From contig DVDU01000250.1 in NCBI GenBank assembly GCA_015296065.1, positions 1-46,229 on the forward strand: a DNA stretch of 46,229 bases, written 5' to 3'. Both the position numbers and the translations under genes were made by a program. Positions 28,359-36,175 of the stretch are shown piece after piece; the first letter of the stretch is position 1, and the number at the start of each line of letters is the position of its first letter. This DNA is from Oscillatoriaceae cyanobacterium M33_DOE_052 (GTDB lineage: Bacteria; Cyanobacteriota; Cyanobacteriia; Cyanobacteriales; Laspinemataceae). The notes under the pieces were generated by a model. The model worked only from the letters and a program-made list of their open reading frames with translations. It had not been told where the DNA came from and made no database searches.

Positions 28359-29639
28359 ATGAACCGAAAAATTTGGCAAGTTATTGTAATCTCGATCGGT
28401 GGTTTATTAGGATTATTGGCCCTGATTCTATTTGGGGGCAAATTCTGGATTAGCCAACAGGCGAAACAAATGTCCCAAGATTGGGTAAAATTTGCCAGCC
28501 AGTTTCCCAAAACTGCAACCAACGACTCAGCACGCCAGCTTAATCAACTGACCATAAAACTGGGTATCGGTCCGGCGGTATCCAGCCAGGAAGAGCCGCC
28601 ACTCCCTGGGGGACAAATCCCAGATTTTGAAAACATCCGAGAAGAATTAGATAAGTTTTTGAACAGTCAGCTAGAACAACCCACTAGCAATGTGCAGATT
28701 CCGGCTGTCCTGCAAACTTATCTTCAAAAGCACGCTGGGGAAATTGCTGCGATTCGCCGTCACATTGCCAGTAGTGAACCCCCAGTTTGGCACATGGACA
28801 TAGAGCGGTTTTTAGATATTTCTGCCCCTCTGCCCAATCTGGGTGGTTTGCTGAAATTACAAAAGATTTTCATGGTGGATATTTTGGTCAAAAATCGGCT
28901 TGACAAAAATGCTGATTTATGGTCAATCATGGCGGTATCTTATCAGCTAAATCAAGCGCTGCTGAACCGTCCAGATGCGGTCTCTCAGTTATTGGCTTTA
29001 GCAGTGGCGAAGCTGCAAGCTGGGGTAGTGCGCCAACTCAATACGATGCCTCCAGAGGCGCTGGTAAATATGATGGCAGTGGATTATCAAAAATCCCTGC
29101 AGTGGTCTTTGATGTTAGAATCTTGGATGATGTACGGTTTGGTTAAACTTCCCCCGAAGGATGAGGGGAATATGGGGTTACAATCCCTGGAGCTAATGTA
29201 TTTACAATTATCTGCAATGGATACGACTGCCAAAAATCGGCAGGCATTTACTAAGTTGGAGGAGGAAAATACCTGCACTTTTGACAAAGATGCTTTTGAG
29301 CGACAGCGAGAGAGTTCGATCGCCTGGTGGAATGAGTTGGCCCGGATGGGAATGCCTGATTGGGCCGGTCAATGGCAAAATGCAGGTAAAGTGATGCTAG
29401 ACTGGGAACTTACCGCGCAAATATTGGCGGCAAAGACAGCGGCGGCGACTACAGGGAAATGGCCATCAGAATTGCCAGCGCAGCCGTCAAAAGTTTGTCC
29501 GGGTGAGCGGTGGATTTATCAATTAAACGGCGATGGTACTATGTCCATATCGTTCAGCCGACAACTACCCTGGTTGCAGCCAACCACCTCAAGTTTACAG
29601 CTCCCCCTAGACTACACCGCTCCACCTTGGCAAAAATAA
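28359..29639 (+). CDS. Hypothetical protein with an N-terminal transmembrane anchor, 426 aa
   Basis: The N-terminus has VIVISIGGLLGLLALILFGG. No recognised domain. It is divergent from the ANL gene. Confidence 0.5.
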   Translation: MNRKIWQVIVISIGGLLGLLALILFGGKFWISQQAKQMSQDWVKFASQFPKTATNDSARQLNQLTIKLGIGPAVSSQEEPPLPGGQIPDFENIREELDKFLNSQLEQPTSNVQIPAVLQTYLQKHAGEIAAIRRHIASSEPPVWHMDIERFLDISAPLPNLGGLLKLQKIFMVDILVKNRLDKNADLWSIMAVSYQLNQALLNRPDAVSQLLALAVAKLQAGVVRQLNTMPPEALVNMMAVDYQKSLQWSLMLESWMMYGLVKLPPKDEGNMGLQSLELMYLQLSAMDTTAKNRQAFTKLEEENTCTFDKDAFERQRESSIAWWNELARMGMPDWAGQWQNAGKVMLDWELTAQILAAKTAAATTGKWPSELPAQPSKVCPGERWIYQLNGDGTMSISFSRQLPWLQPTTSSLQLPLDYTAPPWQK

Positions 29640-29721
29640 TGATTGGTCATTGGTCATTGGTCCTTTGTATGGTAACATATTAGGATGAAGCCATCATAAT
29701 GGCACAACGGGGATAGGGAAA

Positions 29722-30735
29722 ATGGCGAACATATCGCGCCGACAATTTGGGGAAATTCTAGGGATGAGCCTATTGGCAAGTCAATTGCCCAAAGTTGCTG
29801 CTGCCAATTCAGCAACAATAGTCAAACCTCCCCGGTTGCAACCAGGAGATACTGTGGGTTTAATCAGTCCGGCGTCTCCAGTGGATAGAGAAGATGTAGC
29901 GGATGCAGTCGCCGCCATGAATCAACTGGGATTAAAAGCTAAATTAGGCGCTCATATCCTCGACGAATATGGTTATCTCGCCGGTAGTGACGCCAACCGC
30001 GCTGCTGATGTGAATACCATGTTTCGCGATGGTACGGTAAAAGCCATTATCACTATGCGTGGCGGGTGGGGGTGCAACCGCATTTTACCCCTCCTAGACT
30101 ATAACCTAATTCGCCAAAATCCCAAAATTATTATCGGTTTCAGCGATATTACATCTTTATTATTGGCGATTTACGCTCGAACTGGGATTGTCACTTTTCA
30201 CGGACCGGTTGGCATTTCTAGCTGGAATTCTTTTTCTGTAAATTATTTCCAACGCCTGCTATTTGCTGGGGAATCTGTCACCCTGCGCAATCCCCGAACC
30301 CTGCGGGTGCAAACTATCACCGGCGGTCAAACGAGGGGGCGACTGGTGGGGGGTAATTTATCTGTAATTGCCTCGATGTTGGGTTCTGATTACCTGCCAG
30401 ACTGGGGTAAAACTATCTTATTTGTCGAAGAAATTGATGAGCATATATACAGTATAGACCGGCTGTTAACTCAGCTAAAAATTGCGGGGATTTTGGATAA
30501 AATAGCGGGATTCATTTTTGCTGAATGTACGGATTGCACGGCGGGAGAAGGGGACGAACCCTCCCTCACTTTGAATCAGGTTTTGCAGGATATCATCAAA
30601 CCTTTGGGTATTCCTGCTTGGTATGGTGCGGCGATCGGTCACATTCGCGATAAATTCACGGTTCCCCTAGGGGTGGAAGCGGAAATCGATGCTGGTTTAG
30701 GGACGATTAGGTTATTGGAATCGGCAGTGATGTAA
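29722..30735 (+). CDS. ldcA: LD-carboxypeptidase (peptidase S66, muramoyltetrapeptide carboxypeptidase) with a Tat-like signal
   Basis: SRRQFGEILGMSLLAS is a twin-arginine-like leader. GDTVGLISPASP, IITMRGGWGCNRILP, GFSDITSLL and the HG motif region match the S66 family. Confidence 0.8.
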   Translation: MANISRRQFGEILGMSLLASQLPKVAAANSATIVKPPRLQPGDTVGLISPASPVDREDVADAVAAMNQLGLKAKLGAHILDEYGYLAGSDANRAADVNTMFRDGTVKAIITMRGGWGCNRILPLLDYNLIRQNPKIIIGFSDITSLLLAIYARTGIVTFHGPVGISSWNSFSVNYFQRLLFAGESVTLRNPRTLRVQTITGGQTRGRLVGGNLSVIASMLGSDYLPDWGKTILFVEEIDEHIYSIDRLLTQLKIAGILDKIAGFIFAECTDCTAGEGDEPSLTLNQVLQDIIKPLGIPAWYGAAIGHIRDKFTVPLGVEAEIDAGLGTIRLLESAVM

Positions 30736-30813
30736 TCCAGATTGTAGGATGGGCTTCTTGTCCTTGGTGTCTTCGTGGTGAAACCACCAAGGCACCAAGG
30801 ACTTTAAGGGAAA

Positions 30814-31962
30814 CTAGCCCCGTAACTGCACAGGCATGAGTAAATGGGTCATTTTGACGCCACCGAGGGGGACGATGATTACTGGGGAATTAGCAGAATT
30901 TAGCTGCATGGAAATTTCGGTGGAGGGGAGGTTTTTTAACGATTCCATTGCATATTTGGCGTTGAAAGCGATATCTAGGCTGTCTCCAGAAATTTGGGCG
31001 GTCATGGATTCGCTACCGCTGCCCACATCGGCGGCTTCTACGGAGAGGGATAACTGCTGGGTTTCGCTGTCAATAATGAATTTCACGATGTCGTTTTTTT
31101 GGCTGGCCAAAATGGCGATGCGATCGAGTGCGCCGATGAGCTGGCGGCGGTCAACTGTGACCTGAATTTGGAACCGATCGGGCAGTAACTGGCGGTAAGC
31201 GGGGTATTGCCCCTCAATAGTGCGGCTAGTCAGGCGTTGGTCGGCCAGTTCAAACACTACTTGTCCTTGGTCCAGATGAAGATTTACCAATAGCGGTTGG
31301 TCAGAGGTGGTATTTTGTCTAATGCCAATCATCTTTTCCAATTCCCGCAAAGCCTTCGCGGGAATTGTCACCTCAAATTCCTCGTTAGAGTCAGTTTCAC
31401 TGGAATTCTCGGTTTCCACCACAGCCAAACGGTGTCCATCGGTGGCGGCAAATTCCAGGGTATCTGGTCCGAGGATCAGGTGAACCCCCGTCAACACTTG
31501 TTTGGTTTCATCGCTACTGGTGGCAAACACCGAACCGCGCAAGCCTTCCAAGAGAGCTTCTGCACTCAGTTGCACAGATTGGTCATTTTCAATCTCTGGC
31601 ATAGATGGGAATTCTTCCGCACTCATCCCCCGGACTTGATACCGTCCTGACTGGGAAGTGAGGTTAACCGTGTTCTCGCTGGTGTCATTGTCGATCGTCA
31701 CTTCACCGGCTGGCAATCTAGCGGCAATATCGTGCAGCAGCTTGGCGGGGATGGTAATTTCGCCAGCAGCCTCCACCTTCGCCGCAAAAGCCGTGCGCAG
31801 TCCGAGGCTGAGGTCAAAAGCAGTTAATTCTACCTGCTGGGAGTCAGTATCGGCTTTAACCAGAATATTGCCTAACACTGGTTGTGCAGGACGGGAGGGA
31901 ACGGCGCGACTGACAAAGGAGAGGTGGCTGTTCAGGTCGCTTTGGTTGCAGAGAAATTTCAT
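30814..31962 (-). CDS. dnaN: DNA polymerase III beta subunit (sliding clamp)
   Basis: MKFLCNQSDLNSHLSFVSRAVPSRPAQPVLGNILVKA and the three-domain clamp length of 382 aa are diagnostic. The ORF extension up to 32061 was rejected. Confidence 0.9.
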   Translation of the reverse strand: MKFLCNQSDLNSHLSFVSRAVPSRPAQPVLGNILVKADTDSQQVELTAFDLSLGLRTAFAAKVEAAGEITIPAKLLHDIAARLPAGEVTIDNDTSENTVNLTSQSGRYQVRGMSAEEFPSMPEIENDQSVQLSAEALLEGLRGSVFATSSDETKQVLTGVHLILGPDTLEFAATDGHRLAVVETENSSETDSNEEFEVTIPAKALRELEKMIGIRQNTTSDQPLLVNLHLDQGQVVFELADQRLTSRTIEGQYPAYRQLLPDRFQIQVTVDRRQLIGALDRIAILASQKNDIVKFIIDSETQQLSLSVEAADVGSGSESMTAQISGDSLDIAFNAKYAMESLKNLPSTEISMQLNSANSPVIIVPLGGVKMTHLLMPVQLRG

Positions 31963-32084
31963 CAGGTGTGATCTAGTTATGAAGGTTGGGGCGGCTATAG
32001 TGCCTCCGGCGTCCGGCATCTCGCCGGAGTTGCCTTGAGGAGCGCTGCTACGCACGCCCATCTGGGAGGGTATATTTTAGCACT

Positions 32085-32310
32085 GCTGTGGGGTGGATGT
32101 GCGCCAGCATTTGGGGGGATGCCTGTGGAAAAACTGTGGAAAACTGCCCCAATTTGTCCCAGAGGAGAAACCCGGTTTGTTCACCAAATCCTCCTGATCA
32201 AACCTAGATTGTCGCAGAAACCCGGTTTCTGGCGGCGGTGAATTTTCCACAGCAAGGGGGGTATTTTTCCACAAAAAATGGGGTGTTTTTTCACAGAAAG
32301 GGGGCGATTT
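32085..32310. other. oriC: Chromosomal replication origin (oriC) core: a DnaA-box cluster between dnaA and dnaN
   Basis: TGTGGAAAA occurs twice (32114-32122 and 32125-32133). TTTTCCACA occurs twice (32233-32241 and 32255-32263). TTTTTCACA occurs once (32277-32285). Weaker boxes are near 32085-32098. A ~22-nt periodic GGGG...T5CCACA...A-tract pattern is present. An AT-rich stretch, tatattttag, lies at 32061. Confidence 0.7.
32156..32220. repeat. Copy of the ~65-bp AGAAACCCGGTTTCT-bounded dispersed repeat, inserted within the DnaA-box cluster
   Basis: AGAAACCCGGTTTGTTCACCAAATCCTCCTGATCAAACCTAGATTGTCGCAGAAACCCGGTTTCT. Confidence 0.6.
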
Positions 32311-32364
32311 CCTGTTTTAGCTGCTTTTGTTAGTGCGGTTGGTGCGGTAAATGGGGAGGCGATA

Positions 32365-33756
32365 CTAACGTGGCGCCTGACGGCGATCGCCACTACGAGC
32401 TTTCAGAGCATCCTCGATCTGGCGGAGCTGCTGGGCAAACTCCGGCTCGGCGTGGTGGCGCTGGGCGACTTTTTCACAACTATAGAGGACGGTGGTGTGG
32501 TCTTTGCCGCCAAACTCTTCCCCAATTTTCGGCAAGCTCAAATCTGTGTGCTGGCGCATTAAATACATACCAATTTGCCGCGCTTGGCTGATTTCCCGGC
32601 GGCGAGAATTGCTCTTGAGGTCTTCGACAGATATGCCAAAGGTTTCCACTACTACGGCCATTACCGCCTCGGGACTGGTGCCAAACTGGGGGGTTTGGGG
32701 TTCTAAAATCGGGGCAATGTTGGCCACAGTCATGGGTAAACCGGATATGGAGATATAGGCGATCGTGCGAATCAAAGCCCCCTCTAGTTCCCGAATGTTG
32801 GAGGTGTAGCGTCCGGCGATGTACTCGATCGCCTCTCGCGGCAAGCGCATATTTTCATACTCCGCCTTTTTTTGCAAAATCGCCATCCGCGTTTCCAAGT
32901 CGGGAGCCTGGATATCAGCAATCAAACCCATTGAAAACCGGGAAGTCAACCGCTCCTGCAAACCCTTAATTTGATTGGGAGGCCGATCGGCAGCCAATAC
33001 CACTTGCTTACCCGCCTCATGCAGAGTATTAAACGTGTAGAAAAACTCCTCTTGGGTGTATTCCTTCCCCTCGATAAACTGGATATCATCCACTAACAGC
33101 ACATCCGCCGCCCGGTAATGCTCCCGAAAGCCCTGCATCCCGTCCTTGCGAATCGCCGCAATCAGGTCATTAGTAAACTGTTCCGTGGAAACATAAAATA
33201 TCTTGGCCTCGGGGAAAATCTCCAGGCGATAATGTCCGATCGCCTGCATCAAATGCGTTTTCCCCAACCCCACCCCGCCACACAAAAACAAAGGATTAAA
33301 CTCCCGTCCCGGCGACTCCGCCACCGCCAGAGACGCCGCATGAGCCATCCGGTTATTCGCACCCACCACAAACCGAGAAAAAGTGTACTTAGGATTCAGT
33401 TCTGTGGGACGATGGGAGTGACTGGCGCCGTTGACCATCCCCGAAACATCAGAAACCTCCGAGGAAATAGGCTTCGGCCAGAAATATTCCCCATCCGCCA
33501 CATCCCCAGTCGCCGTGGTAATTTCAATTTCTATCCGCTGCCCCAACAAGTCCTGCACCACATCAGCAATGGTTTTCACATAATATTTTTGCAACCAATT
33601 CCGGGCAAACGGGTTAGGAGTGCAGATCGTCAAGCAGTTATTTTCCAGGCGTTCCGCCCGAGCGGTTTTAATCCAAGTTTCAAAAGTGGGGCGGCTCAGC
33701 TGCAGCTGTAGCCGCTCCAATACTTGATTCCAGAGACTTTCCAGCAGAATTTGCAC
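32365..33756 (-). CDS. dnaA: Chromosomal replication initiator protein DnaA
   Basis: The AAA+ Walker A motif [10 protein letters not shown], the DnaA signature region and the C-terminal DNA-binding helix ([23 protein letters not shown]) are present. The length is 463 aa. Confidence 0.95.
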   Translation of the reverse strand: MQILLESLWNQVLERLQLQLSRPTFETWIKTARAERLENNCLTICTPNPFARNWLQKYYVKTIADVVQDLLGQRIEIEITTATGDVADGEYFWPKPISSEVSDVSGMVNGASHSHRPTELNPKYTFSRFVVGANNRMAHAASLAVAESPGREFNPLFLCGGVGLGKTHLMQAIGHYRLEIFPEAKIFYVSTEQFTNDLIAAIRKDGMQGFREHYRAADVLLVDDIQFIEGKEYTQEEFFYTFNTLHEAGKQVVLAADRPPNQIKGLQERLTSRFSMGLIADIQAPDLETRMAILQKKAEYENMRLPREAIEYIAGRYTSNIRELEGALIRTIAYISISGLPMTVANIAPILEPQTPQFGTSPEAVMAVVVETFGISVEDLKSNSRRREISQARQIGMYLMRQHTDLSLPKIGEEFGGKDHTTVLYSCEKVAQRHHAEPEFAQQLRQIEDALKARSGDRRQAPR

Positions 33757-33794
33757 TGATTACCTCGCCGTAGTTCGGGGACGGGGATGGGGAG

Positions 33795-33867
33795 ATAATT
33801 AACAATTAACAATTAACAATTGATAATTATCAATTATCAATTATCAATTATCAATTATCAATTATCA
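33795..33867. repeat. Palindromic TTGATAA-family heptamer array 39 nt upstream of the dnaA start codon
   Basis: ataattaacaattaacaattaacaattgataattatcaattatcaattatcaattatcaattatcag. Confidence 0.8.
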
Positions 33868-34041
33868 GGGAATGGCGGGATGAAGCAGAAAATTCCCCTC
33901 ATCTATAATGATAGATAAGCCGAGGAAACGACAGACCGCAGCTAAGACCGTCCGCGCATCTCTAACCACTGCCGTTCCCGATCCGCTGTGGGCTGAAGCT
34001 TTTCCCGGCGCTGTTGATTTTGCTTTTGCATTGGGACTTTT

Positions 34042-35295
34042 GTGGCGATGGATAATTTTGAGCAGAGGAACGCACGGGGTAAAGGTTCTGGGCAACCGGC
34101 AGTTTATTTGCTACTGGTGTTGCTCGGAGCGGCTGGAGGTTTGGCGGGCGATCGCTTCCTCCTCAAAAATGGCCCCTTGGGCGCTGCCGCTTTAAACCAA
34201 GGGCAGCAAACTTCTCCCGCACCTACTAACGGAAATTCTAACCCCGGAGTGGCTTACTTGCCGCCACCGGTGGATACTAACTTTATTGTGGAAGCCGTGA
34301 ATAAGGTTGGACCCGCTGTGGTGCGAATTAACGCCGCCCGTACCGTCACCAACAACGGCCCCGACCCCTTTAATGACCCCTTTTTCCGCCGCTTTTTCGG
34401 TCCTAATGCTCAGGTTCAACCCCGGGAGCGGGTAGAGCGGGGCACTGGTTCCGGTTTTATCCTCAGTGCAGATGGTCAAGTGTTGACTAACGCTCACGTC
34501 ATCAATGGCGCCGATACCGTGAGCGTAGTTCTCAAAGACGGACGGACTTTTGATGGCAAAGTCCTCGGCGTTGACCCCGTTACCGATGTGGCGGTGGTGA
34601 AAATTGAAGCCCAAAACCTCCCCACCGTCACTCTCGGAGATTCCGAGAAATTGCAACCCGGGGAATGGGCCGTGGCGATCGGCAACCCCCTCGGACTCGA
34701 TAACACCGTCACCGCAGGCATCATCAGCGCCACCGGTCGTTCCAGCAGCGAGGTCGGCGTCCCCGACAAGCGAGTAGGCTTCATCCAAACCGACGCCGCC
34801 ATCAACCCCGGCAACTCCGGCGGCCCCTTACTCAACGCCCAAGGCGAAGTCATCGGGGTAAACACCGCCATCATCCAAGGCGCCCAAGGACTCGGTTTTG
34901 CCATCCCCATCAACACCGCTCAGCGCATCGCCGAGCAACTCATCACCACCGGTAAAGCCCAGCATCCCTTCTTAGGCATAGAAATGGCCACCCTCACCCC
35001 AGAACTGAAAAAACAAATCAACCAAGACCCCAACAGTCCCATCACTATCACCGCTGACCAAGGGGTACTCATCGCCCGCGTCGTCCCCAACTCCCCCGCC
35101 GCCGCCGCCGGAATTCGAGCCGGTGATGTGATTCAAAAAATCGACAACACCCCCATCACCAAATCCGACACCATACAGCAAATCGTCCAAGCCTCCAAAA
35201 TTGGCCAGTCATTACAGGTAGAAATCAACCGTAACGGCAAAATCCAAACCATAGAGGTCAAACCCGGAGATATGCCCGTCCAAGCTAATAATTAA
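34042..35295 (+). CDS. htrA: HtrA/DegP-family (Do) serine protease with a C-terminal PDZ domain
   Basis: The catalytic triad context is present (TNAHVI; D in VDPVTDVAVVKI; TDAAINPGNSGGPL), followed by a PDZ-like GIRAGDVIQKIDNTPI. Confidence 0.85.
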   Translation: MAMDNFEQRNARGKGSGQPAVYLLLVLLGAAGGLAGDRFLLKNGPLGAAALNQGQQTSPAPTNGNSNPGVAYLPPPVDTNFIVEAVNKVGPAVVRINAARTVTNNGPDPFNDPFFRRFFGPNAQVQPRERVERGTGSGFILSADGQVLTNAHVINGADTVSVVLKDGRTFDGKVLGVDPVTDVAVVKIEAQNLPTVTLGDSEKLQPGEWAVAIGNPLGLDNTVTAGIISATGRSSSEVGVPDKRVGFIQTDAAINPGNSGGPLLNAQGEVIGVNTAIIQGAQGLGFAIPINTAQRIAEQLITTGKAQHPFLGIEMATLTPELKKQINQDPNSPITITADQGVLIARVVPNSPAAAAGIRAGDVIQKIDNTPITKSDTIQQIVQASKIGQSLQVEINRNGKIQTIEVKPGDMPVQANN

Positions 35296-35304
35296 TTTCT
35301 GGGG

Positions 35305-35356
35305 ATAATTGATAATTATCAATTATCAATTATCAATTATCAATTATCAATTATCC
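35305..35356. repeat. Palindromic TTGATAA-family heptamer array between htrA and def
   Basis: gataattgataattatcaattatcaattatcaattatcaattatcaattatcc. Confidence 0.8.
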
Positions 35357-35382
35357 CCACCCTCCCCACACCCTCAAACACC

Positions 35383-35910
35383 ATGACTCAAACCCGCGAA
35401 ATCATCCAATTAGGTAATCCCATCCTCCGTAGTCCAGCTCTCCCAGTGGAAAATCCCCTCAGCGAGCCCATCCAAACCCTCATCGACGACCTCATCACTA
35501 CTGGTGTCGCCGCTAATGGGGTGGGTATCGCCGCCCCCCAAGTAGCTCAGTCCTATTGTTTAGTCGTCATCGCCTCCCGTCCCACCCTCCGCTATCCCCA
35601 TGCTCCCTTCATGGAACCCACCCCCATGCTCAACCCCCAAATTATCAGCCACAGCTCAGAAGTGGTGAAAGGTTGGGAAGGGTGTTTAAGTGTTCCGGGG
35701 ATTCGCGGTTTAGTCCCCCGCTACCAAGCGATTGAAGTGGAATATACCGACAGATTCGGTCAAAGAAAACGGCAAGAATTAACCGATTTTGTGGCCAGAA
35801 TATTTCAGCATGAATATGACCATTTGTCGGGGAAAGTATTTTTAGACCGCGTAGAAACTACCCTCGATTTGATTACCGAGCAGGAGTATCAAAAGCAGCT
35901 CATTGCCTGA
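35383..35910 (+). CDS. def: Peptide deformylase
   Basis: GVGIAAPQV, EGCLSVPG and QHEYDHLSG are the three conserved PDF motifs. Confidence 0.9.
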   Translation: MTQTREIIQLGNPILRSPALPVENPLSEPIQTLIDDLITTGVAANGVGIAAPQVAQSYCLVVIASRPTLRYPHAPFMEPTPMLNPQIISHSSEVVKGWEGCLSVPGIRGLVPRYQAIEVEYTDRFGQRKRQELTDFVARIFQHEYDHLSGKVFLDRVETTLDLITEQEYQKQLIA

Positions 35911-35917
35911 TAGTTTA

Positions 35918-36175
35918 AATCACGCCGTGCCCTTTCGTGGGGTTGGTCACGGCGTGATTAATATTATTTCTCACATGAATTAAGCTAATGATGCTGTGCC
36001 TTTTCGTGGGGGTGGGCACGGCGGGATTAAAGTTGTTTGTCATATGAATTAAATTAAGGATGCCGTGCCCCTACGGTTGGCTATTGGTAGGGGCACGGCG
36101 TGATTGAGATTATTCGTCACATGAATAACATTGACGTAGCTGTGCTACTACGGGTGCAATTAACCGATATCAACC
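35918..36175. repeat. Tandem array of about 3.5 units of roughly 70 nt. Each unit has a 12-13-bp perfect hairpin built on a CACGCCGTGCCC / GGGCACGGCGTG core, followed by a conserved AT-rich box TCACATGAATTA.
   Basis: The units fall at about 35918-35989, 35990-36058, 36059-36130 and a degenerate unit at 36131-36175. The stems are aatcacgccgtg/cacggcgtgatt and gccgtgcccctac/gtaggggcacggc. The array lies between the convergent def and MVP genes. Confidence 0.6.
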
